Part shown: positions 9,937 to 19,407 of the stretch, one piece after another
Position numbering within the stretch: position 1 is the stretch's first letter
Layout: the number at the start of each line of letters is the position of its first letter
Virus record (IMG/VR): IMGVR_UViG_3300049324_000053
Source of the DNA: a virus
Strand: one strand, 5' to 3'
Length of the DNA stretch: 64,000 bases
The notes under the pieces: model-generated
The model's input: only the letters and a program-made list of their open reading frames with translations
The model's database searches: none
What the model was told of the DNA's origin: nothing
Program-made: the position numbers and the translations under genes

Positions 9937-10230
9937 TCAACGCCCGTTAGGAGACCGTTTGCGCGGTACGTGCCAGCGCACCGGCAGACACGACTTGCGC
10001 GCCCGCTCGATCATCACCAGCAGTACCTGTCCGGCGCCCTCGTCCGCAGACGCTCGTTCGTCCAGCGCGTACGCCGCCGACCGCAGCACCCCGAGCATCC
10101 CGTGCCAGTCGCGGGCGTCCAGCTCATCGACCGGCACCGTCGCCATCGTGCGGACCAGTTCGACCAGTGCCTGGCCCGCCGCCGTGTGCGTCGGCGTGTG
10201 CGTGCGGGTTGCCGTTGCCGTCGGGGTCAT
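9937..10230 (-). CDS. Hypothetical protein
   Basis: Coupled array. Confidence 0.6.
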   Translation of the reverse strand: MTPTATATRTHTPTHTAAGQALVELVRTMATVPVDELDARDWHGMLGVLRSAAYALDERASADEGAGQVLLVMIERARKSCLPVRWHVPRKRSPNGR

Positions 10231-10589
10231 GACGCCACCTGAATCTCGACCAGGTCGTACGTGGTGAACCGCACCCACAGGTAGCACATGTCGTCGTGGC
10301 TGCTGTTGATGTCATCGGCGAAGCAGACCAGCAGGCCGGGGCCGGGCAATGCGTTGACGATGCCCAAAAGAGAGTCGGTGACGTCCGTCCACCAGCATTC
10401 CGCTTCGATGTCCACGTCGTTGGCGAACACACCCATGACGTGATACCAGTGGGACTGCATCGGCTGATGCATGTTGACGATCGTCGTGTGCCACGCACTC
10501 GACCCGGCGACGATGTCGCCGTGCCGCAGGTCGGGCACCCGTACCCGTGCCGTCGTGTAGTAGGTGCGTGGTTCGGTCGGCGTGGTCAT
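10227..10589 (-). CDS. Hypothetical protein
   Basis: Coupled array. Confidence 0.65.
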   Translation of the reverse strand: MTTPTEPRTYYTTARVRVPDLRHGDIVAGSSAWHTTIVNMHQPMQSHWYHVMGVFANDVDIEAECWWTDVTDSLLGIVNALPGPGLLVCFADDINSSHDDMCYLWVRFTTYDLVEIQVAS

Positions 10590-11404
10590 GACGCCACGTT
10601 CCGGATATGTGCGAGGTATTCCTGCTCGTATCGCTTGGACTCGGTTGCCGAATACCGGCCCTCGATGTTTTGCAGGGTCGAGCTGGGACGCCAGCCGCAC
10701 ATGCAGCCCTCGCCGGTGGAACTGTGGTCCGTCACCGGCCCGAAGTTCTCCTGCAACTTGGCCAACCGGCTCCGCACGAGGTTCAGCCGAGCATCTACCG
10801 ACTTGGTCACCGTGGCGATCAGGTATCGGTCACGCTCGGACGTGCCCCGATTGCCCATGCGCGGCAGATCCCAGAAGTACGACGGGGGCAGGTACCCCAG
10901 CGTCGTGTACGCCTCCACGATCTCCCACGTGAAGTCCATCCCGGCACCCGTGAGCGCCAGTCCCATCACCGAATCGACCTCGACCACGCACAGCGGCAGG
11001 TCGCGCAGCAAGTACGCCGCCCCGATCGCATCAGCGGGATGCACGTCGCCGATGTTGAGCACGTCGTCGTTGCCGCCCGGCAGCGGGTACCAGAAGTTCA
11101 TCATCGGTCCCGTGGCGCCGTACATCTGAGGCATGATCTTGCGCAGCTCGCGCAACTCGGCGCGGGTGAACACGTCCTCGTTGGGTTCGTCGTGACGGTC
11201 GATGCGGGTGCCGTCGGCGAGGAACACAGCGGCGGCCTTACGGCCCTTCGTGACCACGGTCGCTTCACGCCCACTGGCGAACGTGTAGGTGATCGTCTGC
11301 CAGCAGCGCCAGCGGTCCTCGTCCAGCCAGTCGATCTGCTTGGGTTCTGCATCTGTCGCCATGTCGGACAGTTCGTGTAGCGGGATGCGGGTGGTGCTGT
11401 TCAT
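10586..11404 (-). CDS. Hypothetical phage protein
   Basis: GGAGG RBS; 'LALTGAGMDFTWEI' motif. Confidence 0.7.
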   Translation of the reverse strand: MNSTTRIPLHELSDMATDAEPKQIDWLDEDRWRCWQTITYTFASGREATVVTKGRKAAAVFLADGTRIDRHDEPNEDVFTRAELRELRKIMPQMYGATGPMMNFWYPLPGGNDDVLNIGDVHPADAIGAAYLLRDLPLCVVEVDSVMGLALTGAGMDFTWEIVEAYTTLGYLPPSYFWDLPRMGNRGTSERDRYLIATVTKSVDARLNLVRSRLAKLQENFGPVTDHSSTGEGCMCGWRPSSTLQNIEGRYSATESKRYEQEYLAHIRNVAS

Positions 11405-11476
11405 GCGTGCCTCCAAAGGCGAACGGTGCGCGATATCGCGCACCGTTGAGGGTTGGTGATGTTGTGTTGCGGGTTG

Positions 11477-11788
11477 TCAGCTGTCGTGCGGCTGAAGTGG
11501 CCGGATGATGTAGCGGGGGTAGCCGGTCACCTCGTGGTTGGCGATCGCCCCTGGGCGCTTGTCGCATTCGCGGTAGAACTCCACCTGTGTGAACGCGTCC
11601 GCAGGGTTGTCGTAGGGGCCGACCAGGAATACCAGGTCCGGCTCTTTGCTGTTCAGGATGACGATCACCTGCGGGTAGTTCAGTTCGAGCGCCGCTTCCT
11701 TGGCCTCCTCGGTGTCCAGGAAGTCTTGAAGCTGTGAGAGGTTGCGTCTCGGTATGTCGCGGTCGATGGGGTTATTCGGATCGGTCAT
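11477..11788 (-). CDS. Hypothetical protein
   Basis: ORF in array. Confidence 0.6.
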   Translation of the reverse strand: MTDPNNPIDRDIPRRNLSQLQDFLDTEEAKEAALELNYPQVIVILNSKEPDLVFLVGPYDNPADAFTQVEFYRECDKRPGAIANHEVTGYPRYIIRPLQPHDS

Positions 11789-11845
11789 TGGGGCATCCGT
11801 CTCAGCCGAAGTGATGCTTGGTCAGTTTCTGGCACGCCCACGTGG

Positions 11846-12094
11846 TCATAGGCCGAACTTCTCGAAACGGGCGTCCATCAGTGTCTGCGCGAGATCCCGG
11901 TCGTACTGGGTGGCGTCCGGCGTACTTGCCGCCTGTGCCGTCTCGGCGCGGCGCGGCTCGTAGTCCTCGGGCTCGTATCCGGCGCCGGGGTCGATGTCCT
12001 CGACCTCGACGTCATCGCGGCGCACGCCGTCGATGTAGACGGTGATCGAGCACTCGGAATCGGGGTCACGCGAATGGATGATCTGGATCTTCAT
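11846..12094 (-). CDS. Hypothetical protein
   Basis: GAGGAGG RBS; coupled. Confidence 0.7.
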   Translation of the reverse strand: MKIQIIHSRDPDSECSITVYIDGVRRDDVEVEDIDPGAGYEPEDYEPRRAETAQAASTPDATQYDRDLAQTLMDARFEKFGL

Positions 12095-12465
12095 GCGTCC
12101 TCCTCGTCGTCGTTGTCGTCCATGGAGTCAATGATCGTGCCGATGGCTTCGGGGACCGAGGACAGCGGGACGCATTCGGTCAGCCGGTTCCACAGTTCAT
12201 CGGTCAGCGTGCGTCCGGCCCACGCCTCGGCCTGCTCGCGGGAGATCAGCTCTGTGATCGCCTCGTCGCGTGGGGTCGCCGTGATCTGCACGATGTCCAG
12301 CGCGCGCCACCCCGCTTTCAACGCGGCGGGGATCTCCCGTGCGTTGGCCGTCAGGTGACTACTGAAGTCGGCCGGTGCGTCGGCAACGTCGAGTCCGTAT
12401 TCCGTGGCCCACGTGTCGGCGTCCACCTCGAACGTCAGCATCATTTCCACGCGCATGGTGCTCAC
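12091..12465 (-). CDS. Hypothetical protein
   Basis: Coupled array. Confidence 0.7.
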   Translation of the reverse strand: MSTMRVEMMLTFEVDADTWATEYGLDVADAPADFSSHLTANAREIPAALKAGWRALDIVQITATPRDEAITELISREQAEAWAGRTLTDELWNRLTECVPLSSVPEAIGTIIDSMDDNDDEEDA

Positions 12466-12908
12466 GCCATCCCCGCGATGGTGACGGCCGAGGCGTGCAG
12501 CAAAAGGCCCAGCTCCGGCCCGGTCGGCAGTGGCAGGTACTCGGCTGCCTGACGCAACGCGTCACACTCGTCGGCGTGCTCGTCCTCGTGCTCGCACGCG
12601 TCGGTCACTGCCCCGTCCCGGTAGCCCTCCAGCGGGTAGCCGTCGAACGTCGGGGCGTCGATCTTCCAGCCGTCCGGTCCCAGGGACAGGTAGGCCGTGA
12701 CCTTCTCCTCGACGTGGTGCCGGTCGGCCGCTGCCGCCACGAACCGCACCGCCGCCTCATGCGCCTGCTCGTACAAGGGCGTCACGGTGTCCGTGCCCGT
12801 GCGCTGGCTGGCCGGTGATGCGTTGTAGGCGTCGCGCGCCTGGTTGTAGTTCGTATGCGCAGCAAGGAACTGGGCCGCGGGGTCAGGGTTGTTCATCTCT
12901 TGCGTCAT
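12462..12908 (-). CDS. Hypothetical protein
   Basis: GGAGG RBS. Confidence 0.7.
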   Translation of the reverse strand: MTQEMNNPDPAAQFLAAHTNYNQARDAYNASPASQRTGTDTVTPLYEQAHEAAVRFVAAAADRHHVEEKVTAYLSLGPDGWKIDAPTFDGYPLEGYRDGAVTDACEHEDEHADECDALRQAAEYLPLPTGPELGLLLHASAVTIAGMA

Positions 12909-12951
12909 GTTGGCCTCCGTAGGCGTTGAACGAGCGTTGAATGTGGGTCCG

Positions 12952-13230
12952 CTATGACGTTAGCCGTACGGCCGGGGCGTACATCGCGTTCAGCGCCGGG
13001 GACCATCGGCCCGTCACCTGCCAGCCGTGCGCCTTCAGGACGCGCTCGAAGGCGCCGTACGCCTGTTTGTTGGCGGTCTCGTGTGGCGGTACGGGCGTCG
13101 GGTCCAGCGCGTACTCATCGGTCAGGTTGCCCTCGTCGTCTGCGACGATCACGGCGACCTCGAAGTCGGTCCCGACGTCGGTGTCATCCAGAATGAACGC
13201 GGCGATGTAATTGCGAGCGTCGGTCGTCAT
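12952..13230 (-). CDS. Hypothetical protein
   Basis: GGAGG RBS. Confidence 0.7.
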   Translation of the reverse strand: MTTDARNYIAAFILDDTDVGTDFEVAVIVADDEGNLTDEYALDPTPVPPHETANKQAYGAFERVLKAHGWQVTGRWSPALNAMYAPAVRLTS

Positions 13231-13285
13231 GATGCGGCCTCCGTGGGCTCAGCCCGCTCTTGCTGTTGCTCGGTCAGCGCGGTGT

Positions 13286-13591
13286 TCATGGTGTGTTGCC
13301 TTTCAGGGAATCGTCGGCGCTGAGTGCGTCGCTTAGCACCACTGCCGCCAACCGCAGGACGTCTGCGGCGAACGGCCCTTCGTGTATGCGTGCTATACGT
13401 TCCAGTTCGGCCAGGCAGTCCAGGGCGGCTTCTGATGCGCGGACGGCCCCGGCGGCATATGCAGCAGCTATTTCGGCTATGGCTTCGTCCACCGGAACGA
13501 CGCCGGTCCGTTCCGCAGTACGCCAATTAGCACCTGCGGGCGTCGCGCGGGTGTCGAGATCAGGAACGGCGGTCAGCGTGATGTCGAGCAT
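13286..13591 (-). CDS. Hypothetical protein
   Basis: ORF in array. Confidence 0.55.
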   Translation of the reverse strand: MLDITLTAVPDLDTRATPAGANWRTAERTGVVPVDEAIAEIAAAYAAGAVRASEAALDCLAELERIARIHEGPFAADVLRLAAVVLSDALSADDSLKGNTP

Positions 13592-13788
13592 GTGCGTCTC
13601 GCCTTCTGAGTCGGGGAGGGGTCGGTACCGTGGTCTGCACATCTCGTGGTGGGATGTTGTACTGACGTGCTGCGCGTGGTCAACACGCGCGGCACGTCAG
13701 TCCTCCCCACCACGGGAGGGGTTGTCCGCCGGAAGGCGGGCAGGACGCTCACCCTGGCAGGTGAGCGCCCCGCTCGCACGCCGCCGCG

Positions 13789-14850
13789 TCAGGCGTGAGC
13801 GAGAACCTTGCCTAGAAGATCAAGGGCCTCGTTGTCGGCCTTGGCCTGCGCCCCGGTGATCGTGTTGATCATGTTGCGTTCCGGCCGCGTGGCGCCTCGC
13901 ACGATCTGCTCGTGGTGGCCGTACGTGTTGACAGCCTGAAGCACCCCGAACGCGGTGTTCTTCCACGGGGCCACCCGTGCATCCCGCACCCACAGGCGGG
14001 TCAGCGTGTCCTGCTTGTTCGTCGCCATCGTCAGGGCACGGCCTTCCAGCCGGGCACCGTCCTTGGTCGTCGGGACCAGGGATTCGAGGAACATCGAGAA
14101 CTGCTTGTCGGTCACGGACGTCTCGCACAATGTCTTGACCTCGGCCGCGAACTCGTCGGACTGCTGTTCGATAATGCCCAGGGCCGCCCGCGCGTCTCCC
14201 ACTTTGAAACCGGAGTTGCGCGAGTGCTTGACCTTGTACGAGGTGAACGACTCACTCCGCGCCATCTCGAACGTGTTGTCACACACCACGACCGTGAACG
14301 TCGGCTTGTAGAAGGTCGCCACCGATCCATCGAAGCTTGTGCCGGTCAGGATGTTCGGCCGGAAGGCGACGCCTTCCGGCGTACTCACGTTGTCCGGCGT
14401 CTCGACCTGGACATACGCCAGGGCGCCTCCGCGCAGAAGTCCGGCCGATCCGATCGACAGCGTGTCGCCGACAATGTTCGACAGGACACCCACAAGCCAC
14501 TCGTGATACTGATGCGGCGTGTACCCATCCTTGAACAGGCCCATGACGGCGTCCGTGTCGTCGCGGGCGATGGCCTGGCGGTCGAGCTGGACGGCCCAGC
14601 GCAGCGGCTGGCCGTCGTCGGAAAGGTGCGTCATCGTGTCGAACGTGGCGGGCAGTTCGACCGCCACGCGCCGGGGCACGGCCTGCCAGTGGAACAGGCG
14701 GCGGCGGACATCGTCGGCCGGAATGGCGCCCGCGTAGTGGTTGGACTCGTCGCCCTGGAATTCCTCGCGGTAGTGCCACGCCTGGCCGCGCTTGTCGGTA
14801 AAGCCGATCAGCTGCAACTGGTTGAGCGTGGTCAGCGTCTCACGGGACAT
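13789..14850 (-). CDS. DUF932/DUF945 phage/plasmid protein
   Basis: 'AWH', 'SAGLLRGG', 'TSFDGS', 'VVCDNT', 'KHSRNS', 'TAFGVLQAVNTY'; AGGAGG RBS. Confidence 0.88.
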   Translation of the reverse strand: MSRETLTTLNQLQLIGFTDKRGQAWHYREEFQGDESNHYAGAIPADDVRRRLFHWQAVPRRVAVELPATFDTMTHLSDDGQPLRWAVQLDRQAIARDDTDAVMGLFKDGYTPHQYHEWLVGVLSNIVGDTLSIGSAGLLRGGALAYVQVETPDNVSTPEGVAFRPNILTGTSFDGSVATFYKPTFTVVVCDNTFEMARSESFTSYKVKHSRNSGFKVGDARAALGIIEQQSDEFAAEVKTLCETSVTDKQFSMFLESLVPTTKDGARLEGRALTMATNKQDTLTRLWVRDARVAPWKNTAFGVLQAVNTYGHHEQIVRGATRPERNMINTITGAQAKADNEALDLLGKVLAHA

Positions 14851-14906
14851 GGGTATGCCTCCTGGGCATCTCGTGGTGGGGTGGTGGTGGGGATGTTGCG
14901 GCGGAG

Positions 14907-14969
14907 TGCCTACCGGGGAAGTCGAATCCCCGAACGGTCGTTGACCGTCTCGCCCGTGTGCGGGTAGGC
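14907..14969 (-). ncRNA. Miniature tRNA-like structure
   Basis: 7-bp acceptor GCCTACC/GGTAGGC+A; T-arm GGGGA-TTCGACT-TCCCC; anticodon-like stem ACGGT/ACCGT with a 5-nt loop; 63 nt. Confidence 0.5.
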
Positions 14970-14980
14970 GACCGTGTTAG

Positions 14981-15142
14981 TTATTCGTCGTTCTCGTCTT
15001 CGTCGGTGTCGAAGTCGCAGTCCAGGACCGTGACTCGCTGGCCGCTCGCGTGGCGCTGATCGGTGCAGCGGGCGCAGTACGCGTTGATGTCGCCCATGAC
15101 GTAGCGGTGGCCGTCGGCCAGACCTTCAGCCGTGATGGTCAT
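14981..15142 (-). CDS. Small hypothetical protein (CxxC)
   Basis: GGAGG RBS; coupled. Confidence 0.55.
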   Translation of the reverse strand: MTITAEGLADGHRYVMGDINAYCARCTDQRHASGQRVTVLDCDFDTDEDENDE

Positions 15143-15405
15143 ACGTCGCCTCCGTCGTCGCAGTAGCAGGTCACGGTGCCATCCGCGAACCATTCGGAGA
15201 TCACCACATCGGCCGTGGTATTCCACTTCGGGATGGTGCCATCCCGCATCAGTTCGGTGCCGTCACGTTCGGCATTCTCGCGTAGGCTCTGCTCCGCGTG
15301 AGCCCAGCATCCGAAGCCGTGGGCCTTGCCCGTGTTGTCGGTCGGTCGCAGCTTGGTCGTCGGGTGATTTTCAGGGAGAACGATCGTCGGGTGGTGGTCG
15401 GACAT
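15139..15405 (-). CDS. Hypothetical protein
   Basis: GAGGAG RBS; coupled. Confidence 0.65.
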   Translation of the reverse strand: MSDHHPTIVLPENHPTTKLRPTDNTGKAHGFGCWAHAEQSLRENAERDGTELMRDGTIPKWNTTADVVISEWFADGTVTCYCDDGGDV

Positions 15406-15599
15406 CACTCCTCCTCGAAGCCCTCGAACCACGGCCCGCGCCGGGTGGTGCGGGCAACGGCGGCGCGCTTCGTGGCCGTTGTGCTGGACGACTCGGGGTC
15501 GGAGCAATGCTTCTTGGCCTGCGCCAGGCTCAGCCCGCGCGCCACGGTTTCGGTGGCGTAGTTCTCGTTCTGGTAGAAGCGCTTGATCCGGTAGGTCAC
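15405..15599 (-). CDS. Small phage protein
   Basis: GAGG RBS + GTG. Confidence 0.65.
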   Translation of the reverse strand: MTYRIKRFYQNENYATETVARGLSLAQAKKHCSDPESSSTTATKRAAVARTTRRGPWFEGFEEE

Positions 15600-15643
15600 G
15601 GCGGTCCTCACTGTGCGTCGGTAGTGGACGTCGGTGCAGTGTC

Positions 15644-16081
15644 TCAGGAGTGGAAGGACCAGCTGCCAGGGATCGGCGCGCCGATCGGGTACAGCCACTC
15701 GTGGCGGTGCAGCTGAACCTTCCGTTCGTCGGTGCGCTGATAGGACCAGACGCGGCCCTCGTCGCTGAGGTACTCGCGGCAGCCCTCGACGGTGCAGGAA
15801 CGGTGGGTCTTGTGGAAGATGATGCCGAAGGTAAGACCGCGCGCCGAACAGATCAGCGACAGGTCCCCGTCACGGGCCACGCGGACGTTGCCCCATCCGA
15901 CGATGGACTCAGACACGCGGGCGAAGCTGTCGGCGGCGGCCACGTGGTAGTCACTGCCCTTGCCGTGGTAATAGGCGATCGCGGCGACGTGGTATGCCAT
16001 CTTCTGATACTCAGCACGGCCCTGGTCAGTCCAGACCACGGCCGAGTCGGTGTCGTTCATGCTGTCGGTTACGGAGATCAT
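15644..16081 (-). CDS. Hypothetical protein
   Basis: RBS; 145 aa. Confidence 0.7.
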   Translation of the reverse strand: MISVTDSMNDTDSAVVWTDQGRAEYQKMAYHVAAIAYYHGKGSDYHVAAADSFARVSESIVGWGNVRVARDGDLSLICSARGLTFGIIFHKTHRSCTVEGCREYLSDEGRVWSYQRTDERKVQLHRHEWLYPIGAPIPGSWSFHS

Positions 16082-16147
16082 GGTGCGGCCTTTCGTCGTG
16101 GCGCACCGGGCGCCGGGTGTCCCTTGAAGGGTTCGTGCTGGTGAGCC

Positions 16148-16429
16148 TCAGAGCATGATCGCGTCGTCCACGAGCTTCCCGGTCGAGTCGAGCGTGCAGC
16201 CGAACATCTGGGTCGTGCCGCTGGGGGTGATGGCACCACCGACGATGCCGATGGTGTTGGTCTGGGCGTCCTTCCAGCTGACCTCATCGGCGCGGAAGGC
16301 GACCATGTTGGGGATCTGCTCCTTGACCGACTCATGGCATGTTTTGCCGGTGGCGGTGGTGGATGGGTCGCACGCGGTCAGCGAGGCGGCCAGCGCGAGA
16401 AGTCCGACGATCAGAGCAGTGTTTTTCAT
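16148..16429 (-). CDS. Small lipoprotein
   Basis: MKN + hydrophobic stretch + lipobox LTAC. Confidence 0.75.
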   Translation of the reverse strand: MKNTALIVGLLALAASLTACDPSTTATGKTCHESVKEQIPNMVAFRADEVSWKDAQTNTIGIVGGAITPSGTTQMFGCTLDSTGKLVDDAIML

Positions 16430-16580
16430 AGTTGGTTCCTCGGTAGAATCCAGTCGGGGTGGTGAGCACCGTCTTCCTGGCGGTGCCAGGCGTCGGCTTG
16501 TTGTTCGTTCATAGGCTCGGGCAACCACGCGGTGCAGATGAGGCACCATGTGCCTTTGGGCAAGGTCGTCTGGTTCGTGG

Positions 16581-16958
16581 TCACGGCGTGCGGGTGCGCG
16601 GCGTGCGCGCCCGGTACACCGAGGTGCGCTCCTTGGTGTCCTTGTCGTAGAACTTCAGTTCGTAGCCGAAGGAGCGCCAGCGCCATGTGTCGTACTGCGG
16701 GCGCAGTCGGAAACGGACTGTGCATTCCGGCGCGTAGCGGCGCCACCCGGAGTGCGACTCTGGCCGGGTGTGAATCTCGGTCACCGTCACGTACGCCTGG
16801 TGGTATCCGGCACGGTCGGTGCCGTCCCCGAGGATGATGACGTCGCCGGGGCGCAGATTGCGCGGCAGACGTTCGATCCGTTCGTAGGTCACTTCGTCCA
16901 CGGTGATGGAGTCCGGCTCCGGCGGTGCTTGGTGGTACGTGTAGGTCGGGATGAACAT
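16581..16958 (-). CDS. Hypothetical protein
   Basis: GAGG RBS. Confidence 0.6.
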   Translation of the reverse strand: MFIPTYTYHQAPPEPDSITVDEVTYERIERLPRNLRPGDVIILGDGTDRAGYHQAYVTVTEIHTRPESHSGWRRYAPECTVRFRLRPQYDTWRWRSFGYELKFYDKDTKERTSVYRARTPRTRTP

Positions 16959-16987
16959 GGTCGGGCCTCTCGTCGTGTTGACGTCGG

Positions 16988-17368
16988 TCAACGGTCGTTG
17001 AAGCTGAATCTGCCGCCGTGCGCGGCGGTGCGGATGGCGTCATGCCAGGGCAGGCGCATGGTGCGCCCGGCGTCGTCGGTCACGATGGCGGCGTCGTCGT
17101 CGTCGCCGGTCACGGTCGCCGGTCGGCCGTCAAGTGTGACGGGCGTCCGGCGCAAGTGCTTGGGCATGAAGTACGGCCACCATGCGGCCGGGTGGCGCTC
17201 GACACGCACCCATCGGCCGGTGCGGGTACGAACGGTCAACGTAAAGCCGTACGCGCCGACACGGACCACCTCGGCGGCTCCGGTGGCGTGCACGATCACG
17301 TCGCCGATGCAAGGTCGTCGGGCGGCGACCTTGTACGCCGTCCGGTGACGGCTCATGGTGATCGTCAT
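16988..17368 (-). CDS. Hypothetical protein
   Basis: Coupled array. Confidence 0.6.
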   Translation of the reverse strand: MTITMSRHRTAYKVAARRPCIGDVIVHATGAAEVVRVGAYGFTLTVRTRTGRWVRVERHPAAWWPYFMPKHLRRTPVTLDGRPATVTGDDDDAAIVTDDAGRTMRLPWHDAIRTAAHGGRFSFNDR

Positions 17369-17661
17369 GTGGTTGCCGTGGCAACAATGACTCGTTCGTT
17401 GTCAACGTACCGGATGAGTACGGCGGAGAAGAAGGAATCGACCTGCATTCCGTCCCAGCCGCTTAGGTTCGGTCCGGTGGTGTGCTCGAATTCTCCCAGG
17501 TCGTACAGGCTGCCGCGAAAGCGTATGAAGCTTGCGGAGTCCTCTCCGCGCTCGATGGCCTCCCAGTTCAGGTAGTCGAATTGCTCGCGCTCGGCGGGCG
17601 TCAGATCGTGGGCGCCCAACACGTCCCGTGGGACGTTGTTGGTGACGATGGTCATGGTCAT
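17365..17661 (-). CDS. Hypothetical phage protein
   Basis: 'IVTNNVPR', 'WDG..DSFFS'; coupled. Confidence 0.7.
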   Translation of the reverse strand: MTMTIVTNNVPRDVLGAHDLTPAEREQFDYLNWEAIERGEDSASFIRFRGSLYDLGEFEHTTGPNLSGWDGMQVDSFFSAVLIRYVDNERVIVATATT

Positions 17662-18038
17662 GCGGTGACCGGCTCGTACCGGACGACGGCCCAACCCTCG
17701 GTCACGTCCTCGTTCGGGTTCTCGCCGGACTCGACGTCTGGCGTCCAATACGCGACGATGGCCGCGTAGATGCCGGGCTCGGTGAGGATGTCCCGCGCGA
17801 GGTTGCCGCCGATGGACTCGCTGTTGTGCATGATCGGGCCGCCGTAGGAGTCCTGGCGGCTGTATCCGGCCGAGAAGAACTGCCAGTGCGGCGAGTCCAG
17901 CTCTTCGTCGGACAGGGTCGGCGCGTAGACGCCGGTAGGGCCATCGGTTACGGTGCCGTCCGGGTGAACCTGGACAACGTGGTCGAATTCCATGATCGCG
18001 TTCAGCGTGTCGGTGGGCTTGCCCAAGGTGGCGGGCAT
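17658..18038 (-). CDS. Hypothetical actinophage protein
   Basis: Start motif with AAGGAG; 'GYSRQDSYGGPIMHNSE'. Confidence 0.75.
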   Translation of the reverse strand: MPATLGKPTDTLNAIMEFDHVVQVHPDGTVTDGPTGVYAPTLSDEELDSPHWQFFSAGYSRQDSYGGPIMHNSESIGGNLARDILTEPGIYAAIVAYWTPDVESGENPNEDVTEGWAVVRYEPVTA

Positions 18039-18236
18039 GGTTCTCCTTACGTCGTGGCGCAACGCGCGCCTCGTGATTGGATCTTGGTACACGCCTGTAC
18101 CACGCATCGGGCGGTTTTCTTGCTGTGACCGTGGGTGCGTGGTGGACAGGCGCGACGTGCCTAACGAGCGTGTCGCACGCTCACACGCCCGGAACATCCG
18201 GGCGCGCGCCATCGGGCATAGGCTGGTGATACGGGA

Positions 18237-18515
18237 CTAGCGGGCGTGCGGGGAGTGCGAGTGACCGTAGGCCAGTGAGTGCAGCACGCCGTACCGGGTC
18301 ACGGCGCCCTGACGACGGGCGTACAGCTTGCAGCCGTAGGCGCAATCGGTCATTGCCACCTCACCCCAGGACGTGCGAGCGTAGGGGTCGGGGTTACGCC
18401 GGGTGAGTGCCTTGAAGCTTGCCGGTATGGTTGCAGCCGCCACGGGCAGGATGACGCCTACCGGCAGATTGCGGCTGGTGACTGCATCGGCGAAGCTGTG
18501 CAACGTGGTGGGCAT
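18237..18515 (-). CDS. Hypothetical protein
   Basis: Start motif with AAGGA. Confidence 0.7.
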   Translation of the reverse strand: MPTTLHSFADAVTSRNLPVGVILPVAAATIPASFKALTRRNPDPYARTSWGEVAMTDCAYGCKLYARRQGAVTRYGVLHSLAYGHSHSPHAR

Positions 18516-18594
18516 AGTGTGATCCTTACGTCGTGGCGCGTCGTGCGCCTGTAGGTGGTGCGAACGTCGGCCGATCGACGATGTGTGGTGAAGA

Positions 18595-18996
18595 TCAGGC
18601 CGTGCAGCGCTGGTACGCGCGGGTGAAGTCTTGGGTGGCGTAGCGGTAGTACGCCTCCCGGCCGGTAGCCTTATCCGGGTGTCGCCGCACGAGCGTGCAG
18701 GCGGGGTTGCTGTCGAATCGGTGGATGGTCCAGGTGCCGATCACGTCGGCCACGGACTCACCACTGGCGACGATCATGGCGGCCTCCTCGTGCATGGCGT
18801 CCAAAACCTCGGCCAGCTCACGCTCGGTACAGATGAACAGTCCGGTGACGCCGTTGTGCAGTTGGGCGCTCTCGTTCGTCCATCCCGCGTCCAACGTGGC
18901 CGCGACAAGCGCGTTCACGGCGGACGAGGGGAAGATCGTTTCTACGGGTGTGAACCTGCTGATCTTGCGCAGGTTCATGGGTGCCGTGGTGGGCAT
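18595..18996 (-). CDS. Hypothetical protein
   Basis: Start motif with AAGGAG. Confidence 0.7.
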   Translation of the reverse strand: MPTTAPMNLRKISRFTPVETIFPSSAVNALVAATLDAGWTNESAQLHNGVTGLFICTERELAEVLDAMHEEAAMIVASGESVADVIGTWTIHRFDSNPACTLVRRHPDKATGREAYYRYATQDFTRAYQRCTA

Positions 18997-19046
18997 GGTT
19001 CTCCTTGCGTCGTGGCGCAACGTGCGCCGATTCGGTGATGCGAACG

Positions 19047-19370
19047 TCAGGCGATCGGCTGGAGCTTGATCGTCGGCCGAAGTGTGATCGTCGGGCGGGT
19101 GGGCTCGGCCGGAGGCCGAAGGATGAACAGGATTGCGGTGTACCCGTCTACGTGCCGATGGTTGATCGGGCCGTATGCGGTGGCACGCTCAATGGCGATG
19201 ATGTTTCCCTCGGGACCAAGTTCGATGCGCCGGGAGGGACCGAAGGCGCCGTCGGTCGAAGGTGCCCGAAGTGCAACCTCGGCGGTCCTCCCTGATCCAA
19301 TCGGCTTGATCTCCCATCCTTGGTTGAAGGCGGTCGTCAGAACCGCGCGCTGCGCGGTGTCCATCTTCAT
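19047..19370 (-). CDS. Hypothetical protein
   Basis: Start motif with AAGGAG. Confidence 0.7.
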   Translation of the reverse strand: MKMDTAQRAVLTTAFNQGWEIKPIGSGRTAEVALRAPSTDGAFGPSRRIELGPEGNIIAIERATAYGPINHRHVDGYTAILFILRPPAEPTRPTITLRPTIKLQPIA

Positions 19371-19407
19371 GGTTTCTCCTTGCGTCTCTCACGCGGCTTG
19401 CGCGTGA

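Noticed and set aside
14907-14969. Functional tRNA gene
   Set aside because: It is only 63 nt, with no 7-nt anticodon loop, no canonical D-loop and no CCA; kept as tRNA-like.
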